Origin: Lama guanicoe
Lineage: Eukaryota
Direction: 5' to 3'
Assembly (NCBI GenBank): GCA_013239625.1
Contig: MU053758.1
Coordinates: 3,519,490-3,583,489, forward strand
Length of the DNA: 64,000 bases
Shown here: positions 11,738-25,491 of the stretch, piece by piece
How positions within the stretch are numbered: the first letter of the stretch is position 1
Layout of the letters: every line of letters starts with the position of its first letter
Notes under the pieces: generated by a model
What the model saw: the letters and a program-made list of their open reading frames with translations, nothing else
What the model was told of the DNA's origin: nothing
Databases searched by the model: none
Made by a program: the position numbers and the translations under genes

Positions 11738-14224
11738 CTAACTGGTCTTTCTTCTTTGACTTTGCTTATGTGGTTTTTGCCATGTAGATGTTTACTTTTG
11801 GTAAAGTAAAATTTATTAATCTTTTATTTTATGGCTTCTAGGGCTGGAATCATACTTTGAAAGGCTGTTCGAGTGGTAAATTTGCAAAAGCATTGTCGCA
11901 TAGTCTCTTCTGTTAAGTTCAAAGTTTCATGTTTTTCATTTTCAAATATTTAATCTGTTAGGAATTTATGCAGACATAGGATATATGGTTTAAATGTTTT
12001 AAAATCTGATATGAACATAGCCCAGCATCATTTATTGAACAATACATTTTCCCCCCACTGACTGAAAATGCCACCTACTCATATCCTAAATTCCCTTATG
12101 TATTTGTGTCTACTTCTGGGCTTGCTTTTTAAAATTCATTAATAATTTTTCTTGCATTGGAACCACAGTCACCAATTTATAATACTAAAGTGCTTACCTC
12201 TTAATGGTTACAAGTCCAAGTCCAAGATATTGGGTTCCCTGTCATGAGAAAATAAATTGCACCATGGCTGGACTCTGAGGCTGGCATTGTAAATAAGCAC
12301 TAGCTGAGCCTGGAATGACATATCAGGCTTGCTAGACTTGTGCCTCTGGTAAATTCTTAGCTATTAGTTATAGCAGAAACATTCAGAGGAATCATCCTGT
12401 TTCATCACTGAGAGTCCACTGTTAGACTCCAGGAACTGTCTTCCAATCTACTGGCCAGACAGGATTGTTAAGAGGGAGTTCGTGGGAATTAAAACTCCTG
12501 CTTTAGCTGTTCCTGAGTCAGAGCAGTTATCTCTTGTTGCTCTTCTAGAATGATTTATTGTTTAGTATTTACTACCTGGAGGGTTTGAGCAATTCTAAAA
12601 ATTCATCTTTAGCATGGCTAAATAAAACTCAGTGAGGGGCAGATTTAGAAGACGCTCTGTGCACCTAGAATCCATACCAACTATGCATTAGGGAAAGTTG
12701 ATGGGACCAGAGAATGATCACTCCAGCCACACTTTCCCATTCGTAACTTCATCTCTGTGGTTTTTTCTACCACAGTATCTCCTGTATCACTTTTGGATCT
12801 TTTAGTGCACCATGACTCTCCCTGATGGCAGTATTGCACACTGAGTGCCTGTATGTTGTCATCCTGAGAAGTCTTGCATGCCACCCTTCTGCTGCTTCAC
12901 CCATATCATTGCATAAGCATAGGGGTCACTGTTCCTTGCTGTTATGGGCCTCGGGAGCTGAGCTAGTCTGTGTTGCTAACCCTATGCCTCTGTAAACAGT
13001 CCTTTTATTACCCAGATTCAGTGCACCATCTCATTCCCACTGTGACCCAGTTCTTGTTGCAAAAACAGAGAATTATAAGCCTCAGATATTTTAATACTGA
13101 AAAAGACAGTATACACCTGCATTCTTTGATTTAGCTCTAGCTAATAAAACACCATGTTAAAACCAGAGGCTGCATCCTATAATTAGCAGTTATCAAAGAA
13201 AAACATATGGGAGGATAAAAGATTTGTTAATTCTAGTGTATGAGAAGAAGGTCTGTAGAACATTTCAAAATAAGTTGCAAAAGGTAAAGCTGAAAATGTC
13301 TATGAGACGTTTCTATGATATACTGAGAATGTAGTTCCCAACCTATGTTGAAATGAAGCCCACGTTATGTCAGCTTCTATCGCCTTTGTCTTTTAACATC
13401 TTAATTATTTTTAAATGTTATAATTAATAATCAACTCTTAGTTAGGGTTGTTGTTTGGAAATATGATGCTTAGCTAATATATTCAAAATTTGAATTTAAA
13501 ATGTTTTTAATATAATTCAGATTATGAACCAAAATTTATAGACTCTTATGTTTGTATAGAAATGATGTTATTGTGCATATTGTGACACATTTTCACAGCT
13601 AAGAAGGATCACTCTTACCTGAGTTTTGGGAATGAGAGAACTGAAGCTCAAAAAAATATCCTGCCCGTGTGCTCTTAAGACCAAGCAAGGTGATGAAAGA
13701 CTCAAGTGGGAGAATAAAATTATCAGGATGAGGGAGAAACCTTAATAATATGAGTCCAAAATTATAAAGGGGCTTCAATCTGGAAATAGTAAAATTTTGG
13801 GCATCTATTAATAAAATGCTTTCAAATGTTTATGGAAAAATTACCATGGGGTTCATGAATTTCCAGAAATCTGGCTTTAGAAGGTACACTTAGTATTCTG
13901 AAAGAGTCTTATGTTTAGGAAGGAAGTAAGAAAAGAAGGGAAGTTGAAAGAAGGAGGAAAAAGTACTTGAGGTAGGTCAAATACCTGATATTTCTACAAC
14001 CAGTGATGGAACACACTAGAACTAGAAATATAGTCAAGTGAAATTTAGTTGACTTTATGATGTTCAACTCACTGGAGTTCTTAAGGGACATTTGTGATGT
14101 ATACCAAAACTCAATTTTGAATTATAGAGGACAGCAAAACCTTTATGCACACTTTCTTTGCTCTTCTGTCAAAAAGAACACCATGCTAAGATGGTATTCG
14201 AGCCCAGGGAGGTGTTTCAATAGC

Positions 14225-14455
14225 AGTAACAATAAAAATGATATTTCTTAAGAGTTTACATTGCACACCTCACCTGTGCTGAGTGTATTAAATGTCTTAT
14301 GTCTTTGAACCTTTGAAGAACGTTAGGCATCTCCATTTCACAGACGAAAAAACCACAGGCTTCAAGCAGTTGAATAACTTTGACCATGTTGTACAACAAT
14401 GCCTGGTGGAGTCTCGACTCCAACATAAGTAATTGCTCTTGAATGTGCTCTCCTA
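14225..14455 (-). mobile_element. MIR SINE
   Basis: ctccatttcacagacgaaaaaaccacaggcttc...aactttgaccatg core-like sequence. Confidence 0.55.
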
Positions 14456-14863
14456 CATTTGAGGCAAGATGGTCCCTGGCATGAAATGATAGTTAAAAAT
14501 ACATACACATACACTCATGTATGCACAAGCCAAAGCATTAACAAATCAGGAGATTTCAAAATCAGGGGAAATGGCTGTCTTTATTAAGAACATATGGAAA
14601 CAATGTCATTTCAGATCACAATCAGTGTATATGAAAAAGAAGATGTTGCTGACCCAAAAATAGATGGATTTGGATCTGAGCTAAAATTATGTGACAAATG
14701 TGTTTTCATCTGTCATTTCCTAGAACTGAGTGCCAACTCTGAATGCCAAATCAGAAAGGGAAGACTGGCCGCTAAGAGTCCATTCCCCAGTCGCTGGCTG
14801 GCTCCAACACATTTTATGACTTGTGAGGACATTCACAGCATGACAAAGATTACAGGTAGAGAG

Positions 14864-15627
14864 TCAGCAGCAAGAGGAGGCACAGCACATAGGGCAGAGG
14901 CAGGTGGAGATGACACAGGTGGGGCAATAGCAAGTGGTGTGGCAGAAGACCTGGCCACAGACTTGGGCGCAGGCAGCAGCAGCAGCGCCAGCAGCTGGAG
15001 ATGCAGCAAGAGGGTTGGTAGCAGCTGGAACTAGAGCTGCTGGAGCATCAGCAAGCTTGGGGCTGGCAGCTGGAGATGCAACATCCGGGGCGGCAGCAGC
15101 TGGAGATGCAGCATCTGGGGTGGCAGCAGCTGGACTCACAGCACCTGGGGCGGCGGCAGGTGGGCTGACAGCACACGGACTGGCAGCATTGGGGTCTGCA
15201 GCAGCTGGACTCACAGCACCTGGGGCGGCAGCAGGTGGGCTGGCAGCACACAGACTGGCAGCACTGNNNNNNNNNNNNNNNNNNNNNNNNNNNNNNNNNN
15301 NNNNNNNNNNNNNNNNNNNNNNNNNNNNNNNNNNNNNNNNNNNNNNNNNNNNNNNNNNNNAGCAGGTGAGTGGCAGCACACGGACTGGCAGCACTGGGGT
15401 CTGCAGCAGCTGGACTCACAGCATCTGGGGCGGCAGCAGGTGGGCTGGCAGCACACAGACAGGCAGCACTGGGGGCGGCAGCAGCTGGACTCACGGCACC
15501 TGGGGTGGTAGCAGGTGGTTCTGCAGCAGGTGGTCTGGCAGCAGCTGGGGCGGCAGCAGGTCTCCTGGCAGAGGCCTTGGCCACAGCCCTCCTCAGAACA
15601 GACAGAGCCACAGCAGGAGCTGACCAT
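14864..15627 (-). pseudogene. KRTAP4: KRTAP4-family gene G3, disrupted or C-terminally truncated; spans an assembly gap
   Basis: ATG at 15627 ([14 protein letters not shown]); Ns at 15267-15360; in-frame TGA at 15048-15050; 1-bp insertion near 14963 shifts the conserved VCGQVFCHTTC...ASSCC tail; TATA 15714-15720 and polyA signal 14580-14585 intact. Confidence 0.75.
15267..15360. other. Assembly gap (94 N) inside the coding repeat of G3
   Basis: N run flanked by 75-bp repeat units. Confidence 0.99.
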
Positions 15628-18600
15628 GGTGCCAATGCAAGGATTGGGTTTCCACAAGTGGGTTTCCACGGAGGTGGTTTCTTGAGTCTTAATGTCTCCT
15701 TACCCCTGTCCCCTTTTATACTGTGAGGTTAGCTGACAATACCATGATCAACACCATTTCCTTGTTGCTTTTCCTACTTGACAATCAATTAATATTACTA
15801 AGTTGATAATTGTCTTTATCATGTTAATTACACCGATATCTGAAAAAAAGAATCATTTCCTTTTTCTAGTGTTATGATTCACTGAATCTTCTTAAACCAT
15901 GTGAAACCATTTTCATGTTTCTTCCTCCTAGTGTGTCTTCTTAGTTGGAAATATCATGTGATATTCTAATATTCAGTTTTTACATGTGTCATTTTGTTCC
16001 TTCTTTGTGTATGACTCCATGACAATCCTTTGAGAGTGGCTATCACCATGCCAAATCTCTTTTTATGTCAAAGTGGGGAAAATGCATACTACTGACAGGT
16101 GGAATGTTGATAAGGAAGTAGGAGGAAAGACTCATCATTGGAGTTTTGAGTACAATGTGGGGAGACTGTGATTTGAATTGAGGCTTATTGACAGTATGCT
16201 TTTGTACAATGAGGGGAGACTGGATGTGTTTCCTGGATGATTAGAGAATCAGGGGTTACAAAGGATGGTCCAATCTCACTGTGATGCCAACCCCAAGAAT
16301 GAGCTGTTAGTTTTTCCTTTAGGATGGTAAGAACCATTTACACAGTTGAACTGATACCCCCAGGAATCTTCTCCACACAGTATATGCTAAAGGTGAGTGT
16401 GTTGGACCTGTCTTTTGATAAGTCAACATATGCAGTGGATTTTGCACTATATAGAACTTGTTATTAAAAGCATGTCTTTCTGGTACTGTTTCAGTAATTT
16501 TAATTAATTCATTTCCAAAACAAGCATATGCACTTAAGTCCTCTGTGCTCTCAGTGGAAAATGAGATAATGTAGATGGCTACTATGTGTGAGTGCTGGCC
16601 ACGTGCCCGATACTCTGCTGAATGATCTCTAGTCGCTGTCTTGATTGTCTTCTGATGGAAGCCATGAGGTCCTTGCTGTGCTCCAACAGCTCACATAGAG
16701 GTGGATTAAGTTTGTTAAATCCTATAACAGTCTACGACGTGTCGACAATACTTACTCCACACCTTTCATTGTGCTGTTATATGTCCTTAGGGAATCCCTC
16801 CTTTCACATCCACTCAGCAATTTCTTATTTTTCGTTTAAATTCCAGCTCAGAAGCCTCCTCCTCCCTTGTTCTTTTCCTTGGCATTATTTAAAAACAAAC
16901 AAACAAAGAAACTTCTGCTGCTGCTCCTTTCTGCCTGATATCGATCACATCAGGAACACTCAGACCTAGCATATCCCACTACAACCCGTGTCCCTCCAGC
17001 TATAAACTCCTGAAATGAACACTTGAACCATGTGTCACCTCTACACGCTTGGACGCCGTCAGTGTTTTCTTTTTACTTCTAGGAATCAACTTCTGAATTT
17101 AGATTTTGTTTTATGATTTTGAAAAGTATTTATGGTTCCAAAAGAAGTTCTACAAAGTCAGATTCCCATTCAATGATGTCATGTTCGTATTGCTGTTCCT
17201 TTCATGAGTTTTCTGACTCCTTCATATGTATTTCTTTTTGTAATTTGAGGTCTTCTTCCTCATTGCTATTTTCAGTATAATTTTTGCATATTTGTATCTC
17301 CTTTTTTTCTTAGTTTTTTTCCATATACACTTGTCTCCAACTTTCTTGTTCTCACTCAACAAGTTATCCCAGAGATTCCTTCACAGTAGTGTGTTCGATA
17401 TTCTTGATTCCATCCTCAGCCACAAAGTAGTCCATCTGTGGACAGAATGTAATTTCTTTAGCGTATTACATGTATTAGTGTGGGCAATTGATCAATATGC
17501 TTGACTTGAGTTATCTAGTGTCTATTGTATAAAATATAGATAGCGATATATAATATAATGTGTAGTTATAGATATAATGAATAGTGATATATACATATGG
17601 TGAATTATATATTATATATAATGTATGTGTTAAATATATACATCTCTATTACTATGTCTCCATCTAATCTTTTACTATTTGTTTAATTTTCTTTCCTTCC
17701 CACTCTTGATGTGTCTTTTGATATTTAGAAGGCTTGTATTTTGTACTAATTTTACCATTGTATAAATATGTTTGTATAATACCCTAGGAGCCCAATTGTT
17801 TTGCTATTGTCAGTTGATTCTCTACTTTCAGAAATACTGAAATTACCTGATTACTTCCTCATCCTGCAAAGCCTTAGACTTACACTTGAACTCTTAGTCA
17901 ATCCACATAGGCAATTGGCAAAATTTTTCTACCTTACATATTCTGTCTCCTTTCCCTCCATATTTGGATAATTTTACTATATCCACATAAATAGAATTGC
18001 TCTTATTTAAATTTATTATGTAATTATTTGTAGCCAGTATATAAAATACAATTAATTGATGTACACTGACCTTATGTCTTGTGTAACTTCACTTCTTAGT
18101 GTCAGGAATTTCTGGTAGTGGGGGAGCCCAACTATAGTTTGTTCTCCCCCCAAGTAAAGATTTATCTCCACTCTATTCCTCATCAGTGAGCCTGCCCCTC
18201 TAGCTGCCTCTCCAAACTAGGCAGCTTTAGTGGGGCTCTGGGGTTGAAGGGTAAACCTGAGATCATTGGTAAAACTGTCCTTTTGGTTACTGTGTCTCGA
18301 TTTGAATCACAAATCTCTGTCTCTGAACATTGATCCAAAGCTAATCTTTTTCATATAAAAAGCACAGAGAAAAAGTTTTTGGACAAGCCTGTGGGGACAA
18401 ATGTATAGAAAAATATTTTTACGTAAACACATCAAAAATTGATGTCTGTTGAGAAACTCCATTAGAATTTCAACTCCGTTAGTGCCAAGAGTTCTTGTGT
18501 GTTGGTTTCCCCTCTCACCCTTGTGCCTTTTTACAGTGTCTCCCACGTAATAAATGCTCAAGAAATACTTTTTAAATGAATGAATGAAATGAGTGGCATC

Positions 18601-19503
18601 TGGAAAGATCAATGAAAGCAGACTCAACTTTTCAGTGACAAAGCTTTGGCTCCCATTTCCCCATAGAAACAATTGACAGGAGCACAGTTCTACTCACAGA
18701 TGTGGTCAGACCGTCTTCAGTTTGCTGGTTTCGACCAACCCTTGTCTTATCAGGACCTGCTTCACTCACCTAGGTCACCTGTGTGTCCTTTGAGTGAGTG
18801 AGCTTTTGAAACTTTCCTATCAGAAGGGGCTGAAGTAGTGCTCACTTGGTTTGCAAGTCTGAATACAAACTTGCAGACTGTGATAAACAGCACATTGCCA
18901 CCTATGGTAGCTGCCGTGATGCATGAACCATACACTGGGTTCTTTTTCCTTTTATATACATGGATTCCATAAAACTTCTATTTTTCCCTTTTTTGTTCTT
19001 TTCCTAGGTCACATCCGTGGGTATAAGTGATCTGTACATGAAATTAAGAGGCTCCTAGGAAAGAATGAGGCAGTGATGGTTGAAATCTTTCATTGAGAAC
19101 TGATAAGACCATGGTGTGTGTCCTGCAGGTGTAGGTCACATACACTTGTCTAAGAACTGAAGACAAAAATCATAAAGGAGCAAATATCACACTCAATTTT
19201 TAATGCAGGGAAAGGTAACTTTATTTTAGCACAGAAATAGACTAGGTTACAGAAAAGTCCTATAAAAAAGAAGTTAGCAGGATGATTTATGATGGTCAAG
19301 TGGGAGGGTAAAATCTGTTACTCTAAAAGTGCTCCAGACCATACCCACCTTCTTCAGTAGCGTAGGCAGCTTCCTCATTGGCATCACGAAGCCCAATTTA
19401 TTTGAATAACATCAACCCCACTCCATGTGTCCTAAGAGTCAGCACAGTAGGCGGGTCTACATCTGTGAAGTCGGAGGGTAACAGAGACGGTGGTCACAGG
19501 GCA

Positions 19504-20346
19504 TCAGCAACAAGAGGAGGCACAGCACGTGGGGCGGGGGCAGGTAGAGATGACACAGGTGGGGCGATAGCAAGTGGTGTGGCAGGAGACCTGGCCACAG
19601 ACTGGGCGCAGGCAACAGCAGGTGCGGCAGCAGCTGGAGCCACAGGAGCTGGAATCACAGCAGGAAGGACGGCAGCAGCTGGAGATGCAGCATCTGGGTT
19701 GCCAACAGCTGGGCTGGCAACACTCAGACTGGCAGCACTGGGGTCTGCAGCAGCTGGACTCACAGCACCTGGGGCGGCAGCAGGTGGGCTGGCAGCACAC
19801 GGACTGGCAGCATTGGGGGCGACAGCAGCTGGACTCACAGCACCTAGGGCGGCAGCAGGTGGGCTGGCAGCACACGGACTGGCAGCACTGGGGGCGGCAG
19901 CAGCTGGACTCACAGCACCTGGGGCGGCAGCAGGTGGGCTGGCAGCACACGGACTGGCAGCACTGGGGGCGGCAGCAGCTGGACTCACAGCACCTGGGGC
20001 GGCAGCAGGTGGGCTGGCAGCACACGGACTGGCAGCACTGGGGGCGGCAGCAGCTGGACTCACAGCACCTGGGGCGGCAGCAGGTGGGCTGGCAGCACAC
20101 GGACTGGCAGCACTGGGGGCGGCAGCAGCTGGACTCACAGCACCTGGGGCGGCAGCAGGTGGGCTGGCAGCACAAGGACTGGCAGCACTGGGGTCTGCAG
20201 CAGCTGGACTCACAGCATCTGGGGCGGTAGCACGTGGTCCTGCAGCAGGTGGTCTGGCAGCAGCTGGGGCGGCAGCAGGTCTCCTGGCAGAGGCCTTGGC
20301 CACAGCCCTGGTCAGAGCAGACAGAGCCACAGCAGGAGCTGACCAT
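19504..20346 (-). CDS. KRTAP4: Keratin-associated protein 4 family (G4), 280 aa, expanded repeat
   Basis: ATG at 20346 in gacaccATGG context; [14 protein letters not shown]; seven 25-aa units; same C-terminus type as G1/G2; TATATAA at 20429-20435. Confidence 0.93.
   Translation of the reverse strand: MVSSCCGSVCSDQGCGQGLCQETCCRPSCCQTTCCRTTCYRPRCCESSCCRPQCCQSLCCQPTCCRPRCCESSCCRPQCCQSVCCQPTCCRPRCCESSCCRPQCCQSVCCQPTCCRPRCCESSCCRPQCCQSVCCQPTCCRPRCCESSCCRPQCCQSVCCQPTCCRPRCCESSCCRPQCCQSVCCQPTCCRPRCCESSCCRPQCCQSECCQPSCWQPRCCISSCCRPSCCDSSSCGSSCCRTCCCLRPVCGQVSCHTTCYRPTCVISTCPRPTCCASSCC
19702..20226 (-). repeat. Coding minisatellite, 7 x 75 bp ([25 protein letters not shown])
   Basis: 75-bp periodicity is directly visible; 280 aa minus 155 aa = 5 extra units relative to G1/G2. 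Confidence 0.92.
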
Positions 20347-21124
20347 GGTGTCAGAGGGTGGAGGTTCTGAGTGGGTTTCCAGGAGAGTGAGGTTCTTGAG
20401 TTTGGGAGTCTCCTTGTGCCACAGCCTCTTATATATTTTCTGAATAGAGTGAGTTGTTAACACATTTTCCTTGTTTTTGTTTACCTAATATGTAACTAAT
20501 TATCAGAATATACAACAATGTATTTAATGGCTTTGACTTTTTTGAAACAAAATTTCTTTTCCAGATATGATTAGTTCTATCCAATCTGCTTTTCTTTCTG
20601 ATTAAACCCACTGGCATCTTCTAGACCACACTCTTGTCATCTTCCTCCAAAGAGGACTGTCATGTGATATTCGGCCTTTGAAGTTATATTTCTTGCTCTC
20701 CCCTCCTGTATCTCCCACGAGGGTGGGACCTGGGAAGTCATATTTCTGACTGTGCATTTCTTCCAATGACCAATGGAATAGAAATTCCATCTACATAGTG
20801 TGACAGCAGGCATGGGACATGAGGAAAAGGCCCTATTTTGTGGGTCATTTCTGAGCAATGATGAAGGGACAGCTCTATGTGTATGACATTGATAAATGGA
20901 TGGATTTCCTTGGATATATCAAACTTTGGATCATATTCTATGTCCTAAAACCCTGGCAGACAGTTTATCTGTATGATTCCTGCTATTACCAGGTCACAGA
21001 GTTTATTAAGTTGTTACTGTGCTATTTAAAATATTTGTGTCACATTTCTCCAGCTGGTTTCTTAGATTCTGGAAGGCGTAGCTTCATTTTTATCCTTTAT
21101 GTCATTAATTAAAAATATTTCTTC

Positions 21125-22100
21125 AAGGGCTTAATTTCTGGAATATTCAAACAGCTCATAGAACTCAATAACAAACAAACAAACAAAAAACTAAATAAAC
21201 AATCCAATCCAAAAATGGGCAGAAGTCCTAAATAGACATTTTCCAAAGAAGACATCCCAATGGCCAAAAGACACATGGAAAATGCTCAGCATTGCTAATT
21301 ATCAGAGAAATGCACATCAAAACTACAATGAGGTATCACTTCACTATTGGTCAGAATGGCCATCAATAAGAAGTCTACAGATGATAAATGCCAGAGAGGG
21401 TGTGGAGGAAAGGGAACCCTCCTACACTGTTGGTAGGAATGTAATCTGGTGCAACCACTATGGAAAACAGTATGGAGATTCTTTTAAAAATTAAAATAGA
21501 GTTACTGTATGACCCAGCAATTCCACTCCTGGGCGTATATCCAGAGGAAACTAATTCAAAAAGCTTCATGCACCCCAGTGTTTATAGTAGCACTATTACA
21601 ATAGCCAAGACATGGAAGCAACCTAAATGGCCATCAACAAATGAACAGATAAAGAAGATGTGAGATACACACACACACACACAATGGAATATGACTCAGC
21701 CATAAAAGAGAATGAAATAATGCCATTTGCAGCAACATGGATGGACCTAGATATTATCATCTTAAGTGAAGTAAGTCAGACAGGGAAAGACAAATATCAT
21801 ATGATATCACTTCTATGTGGAATCTAAAAAATGATACAAGTGAACTTATTTACAAAACAGACTCACAGATATAGAAAACAAACTTATGGTTACCAAAAGG
21901 GAAAGGGGGTGAGGGATAAATTAGGAGTTTGGGATTAGCAGATACAAACTACTATATATAAAATAGATAAACAACAAGGACCTACTGTGTAGCACAGGGA
22001 ATTATATTTAATATCTTATAATATCCTATAGTGAAAAAGAAAATATATATATATATATATGTGTGTGTGTGTATAACTAAATTACTATGCTGCACATCAG
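21125..22100 (+). mobile_element. L1 ORF2 3' end plus 3'UTR
   Basis: [26 protein letters not shown] peptide; gcagcaacatggatggacctaga 3'UTR. Confidence 0.88.
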
Positions 22101-23600
22101 AATGATTAAAAACTCTGAACACAGTTGGTATAGAGGGGACATACCTCAAAATAATAAAGGCCATTTATGACAAACCCACAGATAACATCATACTCAACAG
22201 GGAAATGCTGAAGGCTTTTCCTCTAAAATCAGGAACAAGAAAAGGATGCCTACTCTCAGCACTTTAATTAAACATAGTTTTGGAAGTTCTGCCTATAGCA
22301 ATTAGACAAGTAAAAATAAAAGGCATCCAAAATGGAAGGAATAAGTTAACTGTTACTATTTGCCAATGACACGACACTATATATATAGAAAACCCTAACG
22401 TTTCCACCAAAAATCTTTTAGAACTAATAAATAAATTCAGTTAATTTGCAGGGTACAAAATCAATATACAGAAATCTGTTGAATTTCGGTACATTAATAA
22501 TAAACTATCAGAAAGAAAAATCAAGAAACAATCTCGTTTACAATTGCATCAAAAAGAATAAAATACCTAGGAATAAATTTAACCAAGCAGGTGAAAGACC
22601 AGTACTCTGATAAACTACAAGAGACTGAAGAATGACATTGAAAGTTACACAAATAAATGGAAAGATATTCCATGTTTATGGATTGGAAGAATTAATATTG
22701 TTTGAATGTCCATACTACCCAAGGCAATCTGCAGATTCAAGAAAATCTCTACCAAACTACCAGTGTCATTTTTCACAGAACTAGAACAAATAATCCTGAA
22801 ATTTGTATGGACCCACAAAAGACTTCAAGTAGCCAAAGCAATCTTGAGAAAGAAGAACAAAGCTGGTGGTCACACTCCCTGACTTCAAACTATTCTACAA
22901 AGCTATAGTAATCAAAACAGTATGATATTGGCACAGAAACAGATACATAGATCAATGGAACTGAAAGGAGAGCCCAGAAATAAATCCACTATGGAAAACA
23001 GTACAGAATTTCTTCAAAAAATTAAAAACAGAACCATATGATTCAGCAATTCCACTCCTGGGTATTTATACAACCTCAAAGTTCTTTGCAGCATTATTTC
23101 CAATAGCCAAGAAATGGAAGCAACATAAGTGTCCATAGACAGATGAATGAACCAAGAATGTATATAGTGGAATATTACTTAGCTATAAATAATGAAGAAA
23201 CCTTGCCATATACAGCAGCATATATGGACCTAGAGGGTATTATGCTAAGTGAAATAAGTCAGACAGAGAAACACAAATATCTTTATGTTTCCACTTATAC
23301 ATGGAATCTACAAAAGAGAAGAAACAAATAGAACAAAACAGAAACAGACTCATAGATACAGAGAACACACTAGTGGTTGCCAGAGGGAAAAGGGTTGGGG
23401 GAATGGGCAAAATACGTGAAGGAGATTAAGAGTTACAAACCATGAGTTTTAAATAAGTCACTGGGATGTAATGTACAGCACTGGAAATACTATTATAATA
23501 ACGTGTATAGTGTATAATCTATAAAAAAATCAAATCTTTCTGTTGTACACTTGAAACTACTAGAATATTACAGGTTAACCATGCTTCAATATTTTAAAAA
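22101..23600 (+). mobile_element. Second, older L1 fragment (RT region to 3'UTR) with an internal deletion
   Basis: Degenerate RT region (tttgccaatgacacg), jump at ~22985 to the ORF2 end, different 3'UTR type ending cttcaat. Confidence 0.8.
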
Positions 23601-25067
23601 GGCAAACTTGGCTAATTTGGTTTGCTAGAACTTTTTAAAATATTGCCTCTTATCTTCTTTCCAATACATTTGAAGTATAATTAAGAGTCATGGCTAGAGA
23701 ATGCTTCTAAGTGATAAGTTCAAGGCTTAGGTGCAGGATGATATGAATCACATGTAATTAGTGCTAAGTAGATCCACATTGAGTTAAATATATCTTCTAT
23801 AATTATGTTTACCTTCTCAACTTGCCTTACAAACAATCACTTACAGAAGATACCAAATTTCATAAACAGTGGAAGCCAGAAAAAATTAGCCTGCACATGT
23901 CTCAAATGGGATGTGTCCAAATTAATTAGATTTTATTGTGTGAATGTCATAGCAAGAGATTTAAAGGATGTAGGAGACATTCAGGACATTGTCTTAATCC
24001 TTTTTTAGTGGTTCAGATAATATGTCAGCCAAGTGATGGATTATTGTGCCAACACATAACACTCCCAGGAATGTATAATGCCCTTAGAATAGAATCACTT
24101 TCCTGAGAGTGAAAATGAGTCACTGATCCTACAGTTGCCAATGTTCAGAAAGTGTGCAGGGTCACTTGGGGATTGGTTTGGGGCCTAAAAGGGCCCCCAG
24201 TGACCCACAGTTGGGATTACAATATCAGGCCCACGTTTGCAGACCAGCTATATGTTGGTCAAAAATGTACTTCTTGAAAAATCTTTGTTGACTCTGATAG
24301 AATTATAAAACTGGAGTCCTGTAGAGCTGTAGCTTGTCACCCTCTCATCTATCCAACAATCAGTGGTTGAGAGCCACTTATTCTGTTCCAGGCACTATGC
24401 AGGAACCTCCATCCTAACTCTTCTTTAAGAAGGAGATATCATTACTGATACCCTCCACCCTATCCACCCCTCCCTTAGGTGGCCCTCTTCTAATATTCTG
24501 GGAGCAAGCTCCTTATGTGCTTCACATTGTTTTATTATCACTTTTCCTGAACTTCCTAAGAAGATACTAATGTGTCTCATTAAAACCCCCTTGTCTAGCT
24601 CACAGCATGTCCAAGAGCTGGTTCTATGTACATGTTTGTTGAATAAATCATACAGTTTACACTGTTGAGAAACTCGGTGTGGATGGGGAGAAATATGAAC
24701 AAATAGTTACAGTACAAAGAACAGTTCTATACAGAGAATGGAATGCTATCACTCCCACATGATAGGAGGAATAATTAACTATCTAAAACTGATGCCAAAA
24801 AAGGGGGGGACCTTAAATATGGACTTGAAAGAACAAGAAAGAACAGGTGGAGAGTGAACTTGAGCCAGAAATGCTGACATGTACAAAGGCACAGAGTTGT
24901 GTTCATGGAGTGGTAAGTGACTTTGGAGAGCTAAAGTTTCTACAGAGGTTCTCTAACATTGGTGTACTTAAAAAATTACCTAGGGAATTTATCCTAGCCT
25001 GACTCCCAAAGATTCTGATATAGAAAATCTTAGGCCACAGGAACTTGCATTTAAAATAAAGACCCCA

Positions 25068-25218
25068 TATATTTATACAATGGAATACTATTCAGCTATA
25101 AAAATGACAGCATAATGCCATTTGCAGCAACATGGATGTCCCTGGAGAATGTCATTCTAAGTGAAGTAAGCCAGAAAAAGAAAGAAAACTACCAGATGAG
25201 ATTGCTTATATGTGGAAT

Positions 25219-25275
<57 letters not shown>

Positions 25276-25299
25276 AAGATAGAAAGAAAGAGAAAGAAA

Positions 25300-25341
<42 letters not shown>

Positions 25342-25365
25342 AAGATAGAAAGAAAGAGAAAGAAA

Positions 25366-25407
<42 letters not shown>

Positions 25408-25431
25408 AAGATAGAAAGAAAGAGAAAGAAA

Positions 25432-25491
<60 letters not shown>

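Larger units (their letters stand above)
9200..12140 (-). mobile_element. Old L1M-type LINE remnant hosting a nested SINE and a younger L1
   Basis: Antisense L1 3' motifs (gctgcaatgaa, gaattgctggatcaaag, ccagcatcatttattgaa) on both sides of the inserts; boundaries approximate. Confidence 0.6.
15628..20415. repeat. Older segmental duplicate of ~1496-5890
   Basis: Collinear similarity with indels (e.g. ORFs 2477/16622 and 4318/18307; 18600-19500 vs 4450-5350). Confidence 0.9.

Noticed and set aside
12230..13060. Possible ancient ERVL LTR-like sequence
   Set aside because: Too degenerate to set family or boundaries without a database search
19702..20226. Regular repeat superficially like a CRISPR array
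   Set aside because: No unique spacers; it is an in-frame coding minisatellite in a mammalian gene
926..20443. Long Ala/Gly-, Ala/Pro- and Gln/Trp-rich ORFs overlapping KRTAP genes (also at 28-29, 36, 40, 44, 54 and 57 kb)
   Set aside because: Shadow frames of TGC/CAG-rich, stop-poor repeats; TATA, Kozak and polyA signals support only the Cys-rich frame
20347..20463. N-terminal extensions of KRTAP ORFs in the track (also 1496-1537, 15628-15669)
   Set aside because: Non-ATG starts within the 5'UTR or upstream of the TATA; the conserved Kozak ATG defines the start
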